From assembly GCA_037131245.1 (NCBI GenBank), contig JBAXRK010000002.1, forward strand, positions 28,143-92,142: DNA of 64,000 nucleotides, in the 5' to 3' direction. Source of the DNA: Candidatus Omnitrophota bacterium. Lineage in GTDB: Bacteria > Omnitrophota > Gorgyraeia > Zapsychrales > Fredricksoniimonadaceae. The stretch's first letter is position 1. The number at the start of each line of letters is the position of its first letter. The notes under the pieces were generated by a model. That model saw nothing but the letters and a program-made list of their open reading frames with translations, was not told where the DNA came from and searched no databases. A program made the translations under genes and the position numbers. This document shows, piece by piece, positions 1 through 9,017 of the stretch.

Positions 1-39
1 CGGGCTTTTGGTATTTTTGAATAATGATAAGAGGACGTC

Positions 40-687
40 GTGAGGGTGTATCGCCGCAGGATATCCGTGCTTTTGGTGGCGGGGCTGGTCATGATAGCGG
101 CCGTTTTGTTACGAACGGGGCGAGCCGACGCGGGAACGCAAGTGACGTTCAAGCATATACCTCTCGAGTATATCGTGGCGTTGGGTGATCCGGCGGCAAG
201 TTCCGGGAGCGGGGCGCAATCATGGGGTTTGTGGCAGCAGGACCCGGGTCCCCGGGGATGCATGTTGAAAGATTATGGAACGCTGAAGGCTTCCGGCGGG
301 ATCGCGCCAGCCCAATGGAAATATGACGAAAAAGACTGGTGGCTGGAGGAGCATGGCGCCATCATGGAAAAGCCGGTCTTCCCGCTTCCTTCAGGGAAAT
401 ATGTGGTGACGGGGGGCCGGGACGTGACGGCCGTGTTGACCGTTTATCCCGCCAATAAAGATGGCGCGGTTCGTTGGGAACTTGATAGAGGCGCAAAGCT
501 TTCGGATGTAACGCATTTGCCATGTCATGCGGCGCGGTATACGCCGGAGAAAGATGGCGAGGCCTGTTCGCCGGCTACGGTGCAAAGCGAGGTTTTTCCT
601 GTTGCGCCGGGGATCCCGATGCCGCCGGTCAAAGGCTGTAAGAAACAGGAGTATCAGGTCCTTTTTGTGGTCGGTGTAGCGGTTTAA
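40..687 (+). CDS. hypothetical secreted or signal-anchored protein
   Basis: 215-aa ORF with a probable GTG start at 40, 4 nt after an AAGAGGA Shine-Dalgarno. N-terminal hydrophobic segment LLVAGLVMIAAVLL. No family recognised. Confidence 0.4.
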   Translation: MRVYRRRISVLLVAGLVMIAAVLLRTGRADAGTQVTFKHIPLEYIVALGDPAASSGSGAQSWGLWQQDPGPRGCMLKDYGTLKASGGIAPAQWKYDEKDWWLEEHGAIMEKPVFPLPSGKYVVTGGRDVTAVLTVYPANKDGAVRWELDRGAKLSDVTHLPCHAARYTPEKDGEACSPATVQSEVFPVAPGIPMPPVKGCKKQEYQVLFVVGVAV

Positions 688-701
688 TATCGGAGGGCGC
701 G

Positions 702-1268
702 ATGAGTAAAAAAGTTCTGGTTATCCTGGCGGATGGTTTTGAAGAAGTTGAAGCGATCGCTCCGATCGATATTTTGCGGCGCGCGGGGCTCGAGGTGGTA
801 GTGGCCGGTCTTTCCGGACGGGAACAGATCAGCGCGAGGGGTCTACGCGTGACGTGCGACGCTTTACTGAGTGATGTGCGCGATCAGACCGCTTCATTTG
901 ACGCTTGTATTCTGCCTGGCGGCGGCAAAGGAGCCGAGAACCTCGCCGCGTCCCGGGTTGTTGGCGATGTGGTGGTAAGCATGCATAAAGCAGGGAAACT
1001 GATCGCAGCTATTTGTGCTTCTCCGGCGGTGGTGCTTGCTCCGCTGGGCATCCTGGAAGGCCGTAAGGCCACGTGTTATCCGGGCACTCAGAAATTTCTT
1101 GGCGCTGGCGTTGAATACCGCGAAGAGAACGTGGTTAAAGATGGTAATATCCTCACCAGCCGTGGCCCCGGTACGGCGCTTGTTTTCGGGTTGGCGGTCC
1201 TTGAGTCTTTGTGTGGCCCGGCATCGCGCGATAAGATCGCCCGTGACATGCTTGTTGCGGGTGAATAG
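702..1268 (+). CDS. DJ-1/PfpI family protein (ThiJ/YajL-like glyoxalase/deglycase fold)
   Basis: 188 aa. VLVILADGFEEVEAIAPIDILRRAG at the N-terminus and a nucleophile-elbow AAICASP conserved-Cys motif typical of the DJ-1 superfamily. Confidence 0.8.
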   Translation: MSKKVLVILADGFEEVEAIAPIDILRRAGLEVVVAGLSGREQISARGLRVTCDALLSDVRDQTASFDACILPGGGKGAENLAASRVVGDVVVSMHKAGKLIAAICASPAVVLAPLGILEGRKATCYPGTQKFLGAGVEYREENVVKDGNILTSRGPGTALVFGLAVLESLCGPASRDKIARDMLVAGE

Positions 1269-1289
1269 TTAAGGAGTGTTTGTTAGATC

Positions 1290-2834
1290 ATGAGGCTTAT
1301 TCGGTCTTTTTTGTTTTTTTGTTTGTGTTTAACGAGCGTATCGTTTCCCGTAGCTGCTTCCGAGGGCAGGGTGTCCGCCCGCGTCAAGTTCCAGGACGTG
1401 GCTGACAAGGCCAAGGCCTTGGCACAGAGCCCTTATCAGGCACCGGGCCAGGACCTGCCTGATGCGCTGAAAAAAATGGGCTATGACCAGTGGCGGGATA
1501 TCCGCTTTAAACCCGCCCGAAGCCTTTGGGCCGGCCAGCCTTTTTCCGTCCAGTTCTTTCATCCCGGTTTTCTTTATCTCCATCCTGTCATGATCCATAA
1601 CGTTGATGATAACGGCACCCATCAGGTCCCGTTCTCGACGGATCTTTTTGATTACGCTGTTAAGGGCGTGAAAGACCCTTTGACCGGTGATTACGGGTTC
1701 GCGGGATTTCGGATCCATTATCCGTTGAATACGCCGAAGTATGCCGATGAGCTGGTGGCGTTCCTGGGTGCCAGTTATTTTCGGGCTTTGGGCAAAGGCC
1801 TCGCTTACGGTTTGTCGGCCCGCGGCTTGGCGGTCAATACGGCGGAGGATATGGGTGAAGAGTTTCCCCTATTTCGTGAGTTCTGGATCGTCCGCCCTTT
1901 GCCCGGGGCGAAAGCGCTGACGTTTTATGCTTTGCTCGACAGCGACAGTGTCACGGGCGCGTATGAGTTTGTTGTTACGCCTGGTGAAGAAACGCAGATG
2001 AAGATCACGTGCAGTCTTTTTGTCCGCCAGCATATTCAGAAACTGGGCATCGCGCCGCTGACGTCCATGTTTTTTTACGGGGAGGGCCAGGGCCCCAAGG
2101 GTGACGTTGATTTCCGTCCGGAGGTCCATGATTCTGATGGATTGTTCGTGCATGCCCGTACCGGGGAATGGATCTGGCATCCTTTGGTGAACCCGTCGCG
2201 GTTATTGTTCAATGTTTTTGGCGGCGACCAGCCGTACGGGTTCGGGCTCATGCAGCGCGATACGGATTTTGATCATTACCAGGATCTCGAAGCCCGTTAT
2301 GAAAAGCGGCCGAGCGCGTGGGTGACGCCACTGGGTGATTGGGGGCGGGGGCATTTAGAGCTGGTCCAACTTCCCACCAAGGATGAGTATAACGACAATA
2401 TCGTTTCGTATTGGGTGCCGGAGCGGGGGTTCGAGCGCGGCGATGCCGTGACCTACGCTTATACGCTTTCATGGCATTCCGCCCGGACGGAACGTTCCGG
2501 CCAAGGTTTTGTGACGGCGACCAGAGCCGTTAACAAACCGGACGGCAAGATGTTCCTCATCGATTTTGCCGGCGAAAGTTTAAAGGGCTTGCCCGCCGGA
2601 GCGCAGCTTACGCCCGATGTCTGGGTTAGCCGCGGCGCCAGGATAACCAGCACCCAGTTGATGACCAATCCGTCAACGGGCGGTTGGCGGCTCGTTTTGC
2701 AAGTCCAGTGGGATAGCCCCGGATTCCTCGAGGGCATGTCGCCGCACCAGAAGCCGGCTGTTGAATTCCGCTCGTTCCTTAAGGCCGGCGCGCGCCCGGT
2801 CACCGAGACCTGGAGTTATACGTACCTGCCATGA
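1290..2834 (+). CDS. opgG: periplasmic glucan biosynthesis protein OpgG (MdoG)
   Basis: 514 aa with a signal peptide. FREFWIVRP and other OpgG/OpgD hallmark stretches. AAGGAG RBS at 1271-1276. 4-nt overlap (ATGA) with the downstream opgH. Confidence 0.8.
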   Translation: MRLIRSFLFFCLCLTSVSFPVAASEGRVSARVKFQDVADKAKALAQSPYQAPGQDLPDALKKMGYDQWRDIRFKPARSLWAGQPFSVQFFHPGFLYLHPVMIHNVDDNGTHQVPFSTDLFDYAVKGVKDPLTGDYGFAGFRIHYPLNTPKYADELVAFLGASYFRALGKGLAYGLSARGLAVNTAEDMGEEFPLFREFWIVRPLPGAKALTFYALLDSDSVTGAYEFVVTPGEETQMKITCSLFVRQHIQKLGIAPLTSMFFYGEGQGPKGDVDFRPEVHDSDGLFVHARTGEWIWHPLVNPSRLLFNVFGGDQPYGFGLMQRDTDFDHYQDLEARYEKRPSAWVTPLGDWGRGHLELVQLPTKDEYNDNIVSYWVPERGFERGDAVTYAYTLSWHSARTERSGQGFVTATRAVNKPDGKMFLIDFAGESLKGLPAGAQLTPDVWVSRGARITSTQLMTNPSTGGWRLVLQVQWDSPGFLEGMSPHQKPAVEFRSFLKAGARPVTETWSYTYLP

Positions 2835-4690
2835 TCCGCGCGCATAAACAACCCCCTTTACATCGGACCCCTATGTCGTACCGGCCGTTAATGTCGCCGG
2901 TGTTCCGCAGCGGGAGCCAGGCCGCGGTCCTGGCGGTGCGCCGCGCTGTCTTCTTTTCGCTCATTGCCGCCTCCACGTATGCCGCCGGATCGACGTTCAC
3001 CACCATCATGAGTGCTGGCGGGTTGACGCCCTTGTCATTGGCGATCATCGGTATTTACATTTGCCTTTTCGGTTGGATCTCTTTCAATTTCTGGACAGTG
3101 ATCTTCGGTTTTCTGATGGCCCTGCGCAAGAAAGATGATTCGCTCCCGCTTTCGCCTGACGTCCAGCCGATCGCGCCCGCAACCCGCGTGGCGCTCATTA
3201 TGCCTGTTTATAACGAGGAAATGGCGCGGATCTATTCTTCGCTGCGGGCGACCTATGAATCGTTGCGGGAGACGGGGCAGCTGGAGCGTTTTGATATTTT
3301 TATCCTGAGCGATTCCGTCCAGAGCGAGTATGTTTTGATGGAAGAAACCGCCTGGTCCGAGCTGTGCCGGGATGTCGGCGGCTTCGGCCGTGTTTTTTAC
3401 CGCCGGCGCAAGTTGCGTATCCATAAGAAAAGCGGGAACGTCAGTGATTTCTGCCGCCGCTGGGGCAGCCAGTATAAATATATGATCATTTTTGACGCCG
3501 ATAGCCTGATGGAGGGCGAGCTGCTCGTCAGGCTGGTCAATGCGATGGAAGCGCGTGATGATGTCGGCATCCTGCAGACTGCGCCGGCCGCCATGAATCA
3601 GGCTAGCCTGGTGTCGCGCTTGCAGCAGTTCGCCAGTTATGTTTACGGGCCTTTGTTTTTTTCGGGGTTGCGGTTCTGGCAGCTTGATGAGTCCGGTTAC
3701 TGGGGGCATAACGCGATCGTGCGCATGGCGCCGTTCATGAAATACTGCTGCCTGCCCAAGCTTTCCGGAGGGCCGCCGTTCGGCGGGGAGATCCTCAGCC
3801 ATGATTTCGTGGAAGCCGCCCTGATGCGCCGGGCGGGGTGGGGGGTGTGGCTGGCCCATGAACTCGAGGGGAGTTACGAGGAGCTGCCGCCCAACCTTCT
3901 GGAGGAACTCGAGCGTGACCGTCGCTGGTGCCAGGGCAATATTCAGCATCTTCGCCTGATGTTCATGCGCGGGATCGCGTTTGGCCACCGGGTCCTTTTT
4001 CTTAACGGCAACCTGTTCTATTTCTCGTCGTTCTTGTGGTTCCTTCTTCTGGTTTTGATGACGGCTCACGCGGTGGCGAATTTCTTTCATACGACGGTGT
4101 ATTTCCTGCCTTCGGAAAGGACATTGTTCCCTCACTGGCCGGTGCAGTATCGCGCTTTATCGATCCAGTTGCTGATGGTGACGGCCGTGTTCTTGTTCAT
4201 CCCCAAGGTCTTGAGCGTTGTCCTCATCGCCCTTTCTCCGGGTAAGGCCGCGCGCTTCGGTGGTTTGCCAAGGCTGGTAGCCAGCGTCCTTCTGGAAACA
4301 CTCTTCTCGACGTTGTTGGCGCCACTTAGAATGATCTTTCACACCTGGTATGTGGTCCTTAATCTGGTAGGGCAGAAACTGGTCTGGAAAAGCCAGGTGC
4401 GCCGCTCGAGCCGGACATCGTTCGCGGAAGCGTTCCGGGCTTACGGGTTGGGGACGGCGGGTGCCCTTCTTTGGGGGGGCATTGCCTACGCGGTGAACAA
4501 AACGTTGTTCTGGTGGGTTTCGGTGATCGTCCTGCCTCTTCTTTTTGCGGTCCCGATATCGGTGTTCTGCAGTTACCCCACGTTGGGAGGTTTCTTTCGT
4601 CAGCGCGGCTTGTTCTTGACGCCAGGAGAAGTTGCGCCTTCCAAGGTCTTGCGGCGTTTTCAGGAACTTTTTTTTAAGAATATGGAATAG
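2831..4690 (+). CDS. opgH: glucans biosynthesis glucosyltransferase OpgH (MdoH), GT2 family
   Basis: 619 aa, multi-TM. GT2 catalytic signatures (FDADS, QxxRW as RDRRWCQGN). Translationally coupled to opgG. Confidence 0.85.
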   Translation: MIRAHKQPPLHRTPMSYRPLMSPVFRSGSQAAVLAVRRAVFFSLIAASTYAAGSTFTTIMSAGGLTPLSLAIIGIYICLFGWISFNFWTVIFGFLMALRKKDDSLPLSPDVQPIAPATRVALIMPVYNEEMARIYSSLRATYESLRETGQLERFDIFILSDSVQSEYVLMEETAWSELCRDVGGFGRVFYRRRKLRIHKKSGNVSDFCRRWGSQYKYMIIFDADSLMEGELLVRLVNAMEARDDVGILQTAPAAMNQASLVSRLQQFASYVYGPLFFSGLRFWQLDESGYWGHNAIVRMAPFMKYCCLPKLSGGPPFGGEILSHDFVEAALMRRAGWGVWLAHELEGSYEELPPNLLEELERDRRWCQGNIQHLRLMFMRGIAFGHRVLFLNGNLFYFSSFLWFLLLVLMTAHAVANFFHTTVYFLPSERTLFPHWPVQYRALSIQLLMVTAVFLFIPKVLSVVLIALSPGKAARFGGLPRLVASVLLETLFSTLLAPLRMIFHTWYVVLNLVGQKLVWKSQVRRSSRTSFAEAFRAYGLGTAGALLWGGIAYAVNKTLFWWVSVIVLPLLFAVPISVFCSYPTLGGFFRQRGLFLTPGEVAPSKVLRRFQELFFKNME

Positions 4691-4726
4691 GGCGGGGTCA
4701 CGAAGGAAGAAGGAGGCCTGAGCCGC

Positions 4727-5407
4727 TCAATCGTCGGAGATCTTTTCCATCATGGACAGCAGCCGGGGAAAGCGCGCTTTGTAATCCTGGCGCGCGCGGT
4801 GGATCACGTCGCAGGCTTCTTCATGGCTGTAGATGTGGGTGATCTCGCAGGAGCGTTCATCCGTTCCCGGAAGATCCTTGTAGGTCAGAAAATAATGCTT
4901 GAGCCGGTCGACGAATTCGCGCGGGCAGTCTTCCAGCCTGGTCCAGCGGCTGTGCAGGGCATCCCCGAGCATGACCGCGATGATCTTGTCGTCGGCCTGG
5001 CCGTGGTCGATCATGCGGAAACCCCCGATGGGCAGCGCCCGCACAATAATGTCGCCGTGGGTGATCACTTTCTCGGTCAGCACACAGATGTCCAGCGGGT
5101 CCTGGTCGCCGATGATGTTAGGGCGGCCGGTGCGTTCCTGGCAGAGCCCGGCGACGGCCTCTCCGCAGAAGGTCTGCGGGATGAACCCGTAAAGGGTGGG
5201 GCAGACGCTGGAATATTTTTGCGGCCGGTCGACTTTCAGAAAACCGCTTTTTTTGTCGATCTCGTATTTTACGGTGTCTGAGGGCACGGACTCGATATAG
5301 GTATTGACGATCATCGGGGCGTCATTACCGACGGGTATCCCGTGCCATGGGTGCGAGCGCAGGAGAAGGGTCAGGTCTTGCCAGAGGTCATTGAGTTCAG
5401 CGTTCAT
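4727..5407 (-). CDS. ppa: inorganic pyrophosphatase (family I, extended form)
   Basis: 226 aa. DQDPLDICVL (DxDPxDxxV) and the KVxRxL / DHxxxDDKIIAV motifs of soluble PPases. ATG start confirmed on the minus strand at 5405-5407. Confidence 0.75.
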   Translation of the reverse strand: MNAELNDLWQDLTLLLRSHPWHGIPVGNDAPMIVNTYIESVPSDTVKYEIDKKSGFLKVDRPQKYSSVCPTLYGFIPQTFCGEAVAGLCQERTGRPNIIGDQDPLDICVLTEKVITHGDIIVRALPIGGFRMIDHGQADDKIIAVMLGDALHSRWTRLEDCPREFVDRLKHYFLTYKDLPGTDERSCEITHIYSHEEACDVIHRARQDYKARFPRLLSMMEKISDD

Positions 5408-5651
5408 TGTTTGGTTTCGGGCTTTCGATCGTGTCCGCGTTACTGGTTGTGATATCGTTGGCCACGTCTTTCCTGGTGGCGGGTTTAGCCGGTGGCTGGG
5501 TTTGAGGGTTTTGGGCGTTCAAGGCCCGGGCTCTTTTTTGGGCTTCGTGTTCTTCGTGGTATTTTTTGGGGTCGATATTGATCACGGCCATTGCAGTCGA
5601 GAACGGCGCGATAACGAGAGCAGCGGTGATGATGAGCGTGGTTCTTTTCAT
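5397..5651 (-). CDS. small secreted hypothetical protein
   Basis: 84 aa. MKRTTLIITAALVIAPFSTAMA signal peptide. An AGGAGG RBS immediately upstream on the minus strand. Overlaps the ppa start by 11 nt. Confidence 0.35.
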   Translation of the reverse strand: MKRTTLIITAALVIAPFSTAMAVINIDPKKYHEEHEAQKRARALNAQNPQTQPPAKPATRKDVANDITTSNADTIESPKPNNER

Positions 5652-5761
5652 GGGGAACCTCCTGTTGGATCGATTTTTGTAGTAGTTTATGCTTCATCCC
5701 GGAGGATTTCAATACTTTCTTGAAATGAAACTGTTGTTCTTGGGGGGCCTTGAATAATATG

Positions 5762-5789
5762 TTGACCGCAGCGTTGAAAGTGCTAAGCT
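5762..5789 (+). promoter_or_regulatory. weak candidate promoter upstream of udg
   Basis: TTGACC (5762-5767), a 16-nt spacer, then TAAGCT (5784-5789), in the divergent intergenic region. Confidence 0.2.
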
Positions 5790-5843
5790 TGAATTAGAGA
5801 GAAGCCCTTGAGTTAGTTGCTTGGTGAGGGCTTGGTTCGTTGA

Positions 5844-5880
5844 CCCCTGGATGATTGAACACGTCCAGGGGTTTCTTTTT
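5844..5880 (+). terminator. terminator-like hairpin in the udg leader (possible attenuator)
   Basis: CCCCTGGA-N12-TCCAGGGG perfect 8-bp stem followed by TTTCTTTTT, 13 nt before the udg ATG. Confidence 0.3.
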
Positions 5881-5892
5881 GGCAAGAGGCCT

Positions 5893-6504
5893 ATGCAAAA
5901 ACTTATTGCTCATATTGAAGAGCTTCGCCGCTGCCGGCTTTGTCCGCAGATGATCCCGCCGGTTGTTAGCGGCGGCGCGGTGGTCAGCCGGGTGTTACTG
6001 GTCGGCCAGGCGCCGGGTGATAAGGAGCCGAAGCTGGGCCGTCCGTTCGCCTGGACCGCTGGTAAGACGCTGTTCCGCTGGTTCAATGAAGCGACGGGGC
6101 TTACCGAGGCGCAGTTCCGTGCCTCGATCTATATGGCCGCGGTATGCCGGTGTTTTCCCGGTAAGAAAGCTACAGGTGGCGATCGTGTCCCTTCTCCTGA
6201 TGAGATCGTCAATTGCGCCCGTTGGCTGGACCGCGAGCTGGAGATCCTTCGTCCCGAGTTGGTTATTCCGGTGGGGAAGCTGGCGATCGGGCAATTTATT
6301 CCCGCCGGCAAGCTCGATGAGCTGATCGGCCGCTCTTTTCGGGCAGAACGGGCCGGCTGCTCCTTTGATGTTATTCCTTTGCCGCACCCTTCCGGCGCGT
6401 CGCCCTGGCATCGCATGGAGCCGGGCAAGACCTATTTGGGAAAGTCCCTTAAATTGATCGCGGCGCATCCGGCGCTGAGGAGTTTATGTCATTTAAAGCC
6501 TTAG
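5893..6504 (+). CDS. udg: uracil-DNA glycosylase superfamily protein (family 4/5-like)
   Basis: The track ORF 5821-6504 was re-started at ATG 5893 (MQKLIAHIEELRRCRLCPQ...), in frame. LLVGQAPGDKEP matches the GxAPG motif-A of UDG families 4/5. A C-terminal HPSG-containing motif B is present. Confidence 0.65.
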   Translation: MQKLIAHIEELRRCRLCPQMIPPVVSGGAVVSRVLLVGQAPGDKEPKLGRPFAWTAGKTLFRWFNEATGLTEAQFRASIYMAAVCRCFPGKKATGGDRVPSPDEIVNCARWLDRELEILRPELVIPVGKLAIGQFIPAGKLDELIGRSFRAERAGCSFDVIPLPHPSGASPWHRMEPGKTYLGKSLKLIAAHPALRSLCHLKP

Positions 6505-7748
6505 GCCTCTCATCCGACTTGCTGGCTGCCGTTAAAGTCGCCGGCTATGAAACGCCCACGCCGGTCCAGGAGAAAGTGATCCCCTATATTTTAAAGGGCC
6601 GCGACCTGATCGCCCAGGCACGGACGGGGACGGGCAAGACGGCCGGTTTTACGTTGCCACTGTTGCAGTTGCTGCGGCTGACCGCTGACGGGAACAAGAG
6701 GGCGCTTCGGGTGCTGGTCCTGGCGCCGACCCGCGAACTGGCCATGCAAGTGGAGCGCGCTTTTAAGGATCATGGGCGTCAGCTGATCCGGCCGCCGCGC
6801 ACGATCACGTTGATCGGCGGGATGAATATCGACCTGCAGATCAGGAACCTGCATCACGGGGCGGATATCGCGGTTGCCACGCCCGGCAGGTTGCTAGACC
6901 TCGTCGGGCGCGGGGCGGTCGACCTTTCTTGTCTTAAGGTCCTTGTTATTGATGAAGCCGACAAGATGTTCGACCTGGGTTTTGCCGGTGAGCTTGAAGC
7001 GGTCCTCAAGGCTTTGCCGGCGGAGCGTCAGAACCTATTATTTTCGGCCACGATCGATGAAAGGGTCGCGGCTTTGGCCGGTGGTTTCCTGCGCGATCCG
7101 GTCCGGATCAAAGCGGAAGACGGAGCGCCCGCGGCGGAGAGGATCCATCAGCGGGTGGTTGCGGTCAACCGCAATCAGCGCGGGCCTTTGCTCCGGCATT
7201 TGATCCTGGTCGAGCAATGGGGGCAGGCCCTGGTTTTTGTGGCCAGCGTCCGGGACGCGGATATGATCGTCGTGAAATTGCTGAAAGCGGGGATCAGCGC
7301 CAATGCGTTCCATGGCGGCCTGACACAGGCGCAGCGTGAAGGCGTATTGAAAGATTTTAAGCAGAAAAAGTTCAAGGTGCTGCTGGCGACCGATCTGGCG
7401 GCTCGTGGGCTGGATATCTTTAAATTGCCCGTGGTGGTTAATTATGATCTGCCGCGTTCGGCGGATGATTATATCCATCGTATCGGCCGTACAGCCCGGG
7501 CCGGTGAAAAGGGCGTGGCGGTTTCTTTTGTGGGCCATGAAGATCAGGCGCATTTCGCGCTGATCGAAAAAAGGGCGCGGGTCCGGCTTCCGAGAGAGGC
7601 CATACCCGGTTTTGAATTGACGGGAGATCCTTTGCCTATGGCGCAAGGCCTGCCGCCGGTCAAAGGCCGCCGGATGAGCAAGAAAGACAAGGCTCGGGCA
7701 TTGGCGGCGCGGGAAAAGGGAGGGCGGCATGTCAGCCACGGCGGATGA
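6486..7748 (+). CDS. DEAD-box ATP-dependent RNA helicase
   Basis: 420 aa. Q-motif, Walker A AQARTGTGKT, VIDEAD box, SAT and HRIGRTARAG motifs. GAGGAG RBS upstream. Confidence 0.85.
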   Translation: MSFKALGLSSDLLAAVKVAGYETPTPVQEKVIPYILKGRDLIAQARTGTGKTAGFTLPLLQLLRLTADGNKRALRVLVLAPTRELAMQVERAFKDHGRQLIRPPRTITLIGGMNIDLQIRNLHHGADIAVATPGRLLDLVGRGAVDLSCLKVLVIDEADKMFDLGFAGELEAVLKALPAERQNLLFSATIDERVAALAGGFLRDPVRIKAEDGAPAAERIHQRVVAVNRNQRGPLLRHLILVEQWGQALVFVASVRDADMIVVKLLKAGISANAFHGGLTQAQREGVLKDFKQKKFKVLLATDLAARGLDIFKLPVVVNYDLPRSADDYIHRIGRTARAGEKGVAVSFVGHEDQAHFALIEKRARVRLPREAIPGFELTGDPLPMAQGLPPVKGRRMSKKDKARALAAREKGGRHVSHGG

Positions 7749-7785
7749 CCCTTTCGAGAAGCAGCCAGGTAATGAGAATGCCGCC

Positions 7786-7905
7786 ATGAACCGTCGTGAT
7801 TGCCCGCATTGCGGCTTGTGGTTCCGTTTCGACGAAGCAAAACCAGCCGGGAAAAACAGCGTGCGCTGCCCCAACTGCGGCTGGGAGATCCCCTCCGCGG
7901 CCTAG
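7786..7905 (+). CDS. small zinc-ribbon protein (39 aa, two CPxCG knuckles)
   Basis: Below the 60-aa cutoff, so not in the ORF track. Read directly from sequence as MNRRDCPHCGLWFRFDEAKPAGKNSVRCPNCGWEIPSAA, ending in TAG at 7903-7905. Sits in the helicase-desaturase gap in a third frame. Confidence 0.35.
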   Translation: MNRRDCPHCGLWFRFDEAKPAGKNSVRCPNCGWEIPSAA

Positions 7906-7978
7906 TTCTCTTCTACAAAGTATTTGTAATCGATCGCGTCATTGGTACGACTTTAATGTCGAAGGAAGGTGTGTGCCG

Positions 7979-8974
7979 ATGAAGTGGTATGAGGTGGTCA
8001 GCCGATATGAAACACCGCGTTTGCGCAGCAGTGTCTGGCAGCTGGTCAACACGTTGGTGCCTTACGCCTGCCTGTGGTATTTAATGTTCCTGAGTTTGCG
8101 TTTTTCCTATTGGTTGACCCTGGCCCTGGCGGTTCCGGCGGCGGGGCTTCTGGTTCGGGTGTTCATTATTTTTCATGACTGCGTTCACGGGTCATTCTTG
8201 CGTTCCGCCAAAGCTAACCGGGTCCTTGGTTTTTTGATGGGTGTCCTGGTATTTACCGCGTACGCTCCCTGGCGGGAAGAACATAACCGGCATCATATGT
8301 CGTCGGGAAACCTTGACGATCGCGGTTTTGGCTGCATCTGGACGATGACGGTCAATGAGTACCGGCAGGCCCCGCGCTTGACGCGCTGGGGCTACCGTTT
8401 GTTGCGCAATCCCCTTTTATTATTCACGATCATCCCGCCGTTCCTGTTTTTGGTCCTGCATCGGTTTCCGTCAAAACTAACCGGTGCTGAGGTGCGCCGG
8501 GAGATCCATCTCACTAATTTCGGGATCGCGGCTCTTGCCGGCGCTTTGATCGTTTGTGTCGGTTGGAAAGCGTATCTGCTGGTCCAGTTGCCGGCGATCA
8601 TTCTGGCTTCTATTGCCGGGGTCTGGATGTTCTATGTGCAGCATCAGTTCGAAGGGGCTTATTGGCAACGCCGGGATGACTGGGATTACGTGACCGCGGC
8701 GCTTAAAGGCAGCTCTTTTTACAAACTGCCGAAAGTCCTGCAATGGTTCACCGGGAATATCGGGTTCCACCATATCCATCATTTGAGCCCCCGGATCCCG
8801 AATTATCTTCTTGAAAAATGTTACCGGGAGAATCCGCTCTTTCAGCAGATCCATCCGGTAACCTTGTGGTCGAGCTTTCATTCGCTGGCATTCCGTTTAT
8901 GGGATGAAGAGCATTGCCGGTTGGTCGGGTTCGGGCATCTTGAGCGGTTGAAAGCGTCCGGCGCATCATCGTGA
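7979..8974 (+). CDS. membrane fatty-acid desaturase (three His-box di-iron enzyme)
   Basis: Re-started at ATG 7979 (MKWYEVVS...), in frame with track ORF 7796-8974. His boxes HDCVHG, HNRHH and HHIHH with intervening TM segments. Confidence 0.75.
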   Translation: MKWYEVVSRYETPRLRSSVWQLVNTLVPYACLWYLMFLSLRFSYWLTLALAVPAAGLLVRVFIIFHDCVHGSFLRSAKANRVLGFLMGVLVFTAYAPWREEHNRHHMSSGNLDDRGFGCIWTMTVNEYRQAPRLTRWGYRLLRNPLLLFTIIPPFLFLVLHRFPSKLTGAEVRREIHLTNFGIAALAGALIVCVGWKAYLLVQLPAIILASIAGVWMFYVQHQFEGAYWQRRDDWDYVTAALKGSSFYKLPKVLQWFTGNIGFHHIHHLSPRIPNYLLEKCYRENPLFQQIHPVTLWSSFHSLAFRLWDEEHCRLVGFGHLERLKASGASS

Positions 8975-9017
8975 GGATTTGTGTTGCGCTGTTCCATGTT
9001 TCATCAATAATGGGTTC

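Noticed and set aside
3035-4135. 366-aa minus-strand ORF antisense to opgH.
   Set aside because: It lies entirely inside a well-supported GT2 gene. It has a basic, low-complexity composition typical of antisense frames in high-GC DNA and no start context.
7038-7874. Antisense or alternative-frame ORFs (7038-7874) opposite the DEAD helicase gene.
   Set aside because: A high-GC shadow ORF with no motifs and no start context; the sense-strand gene has a strong family signature.
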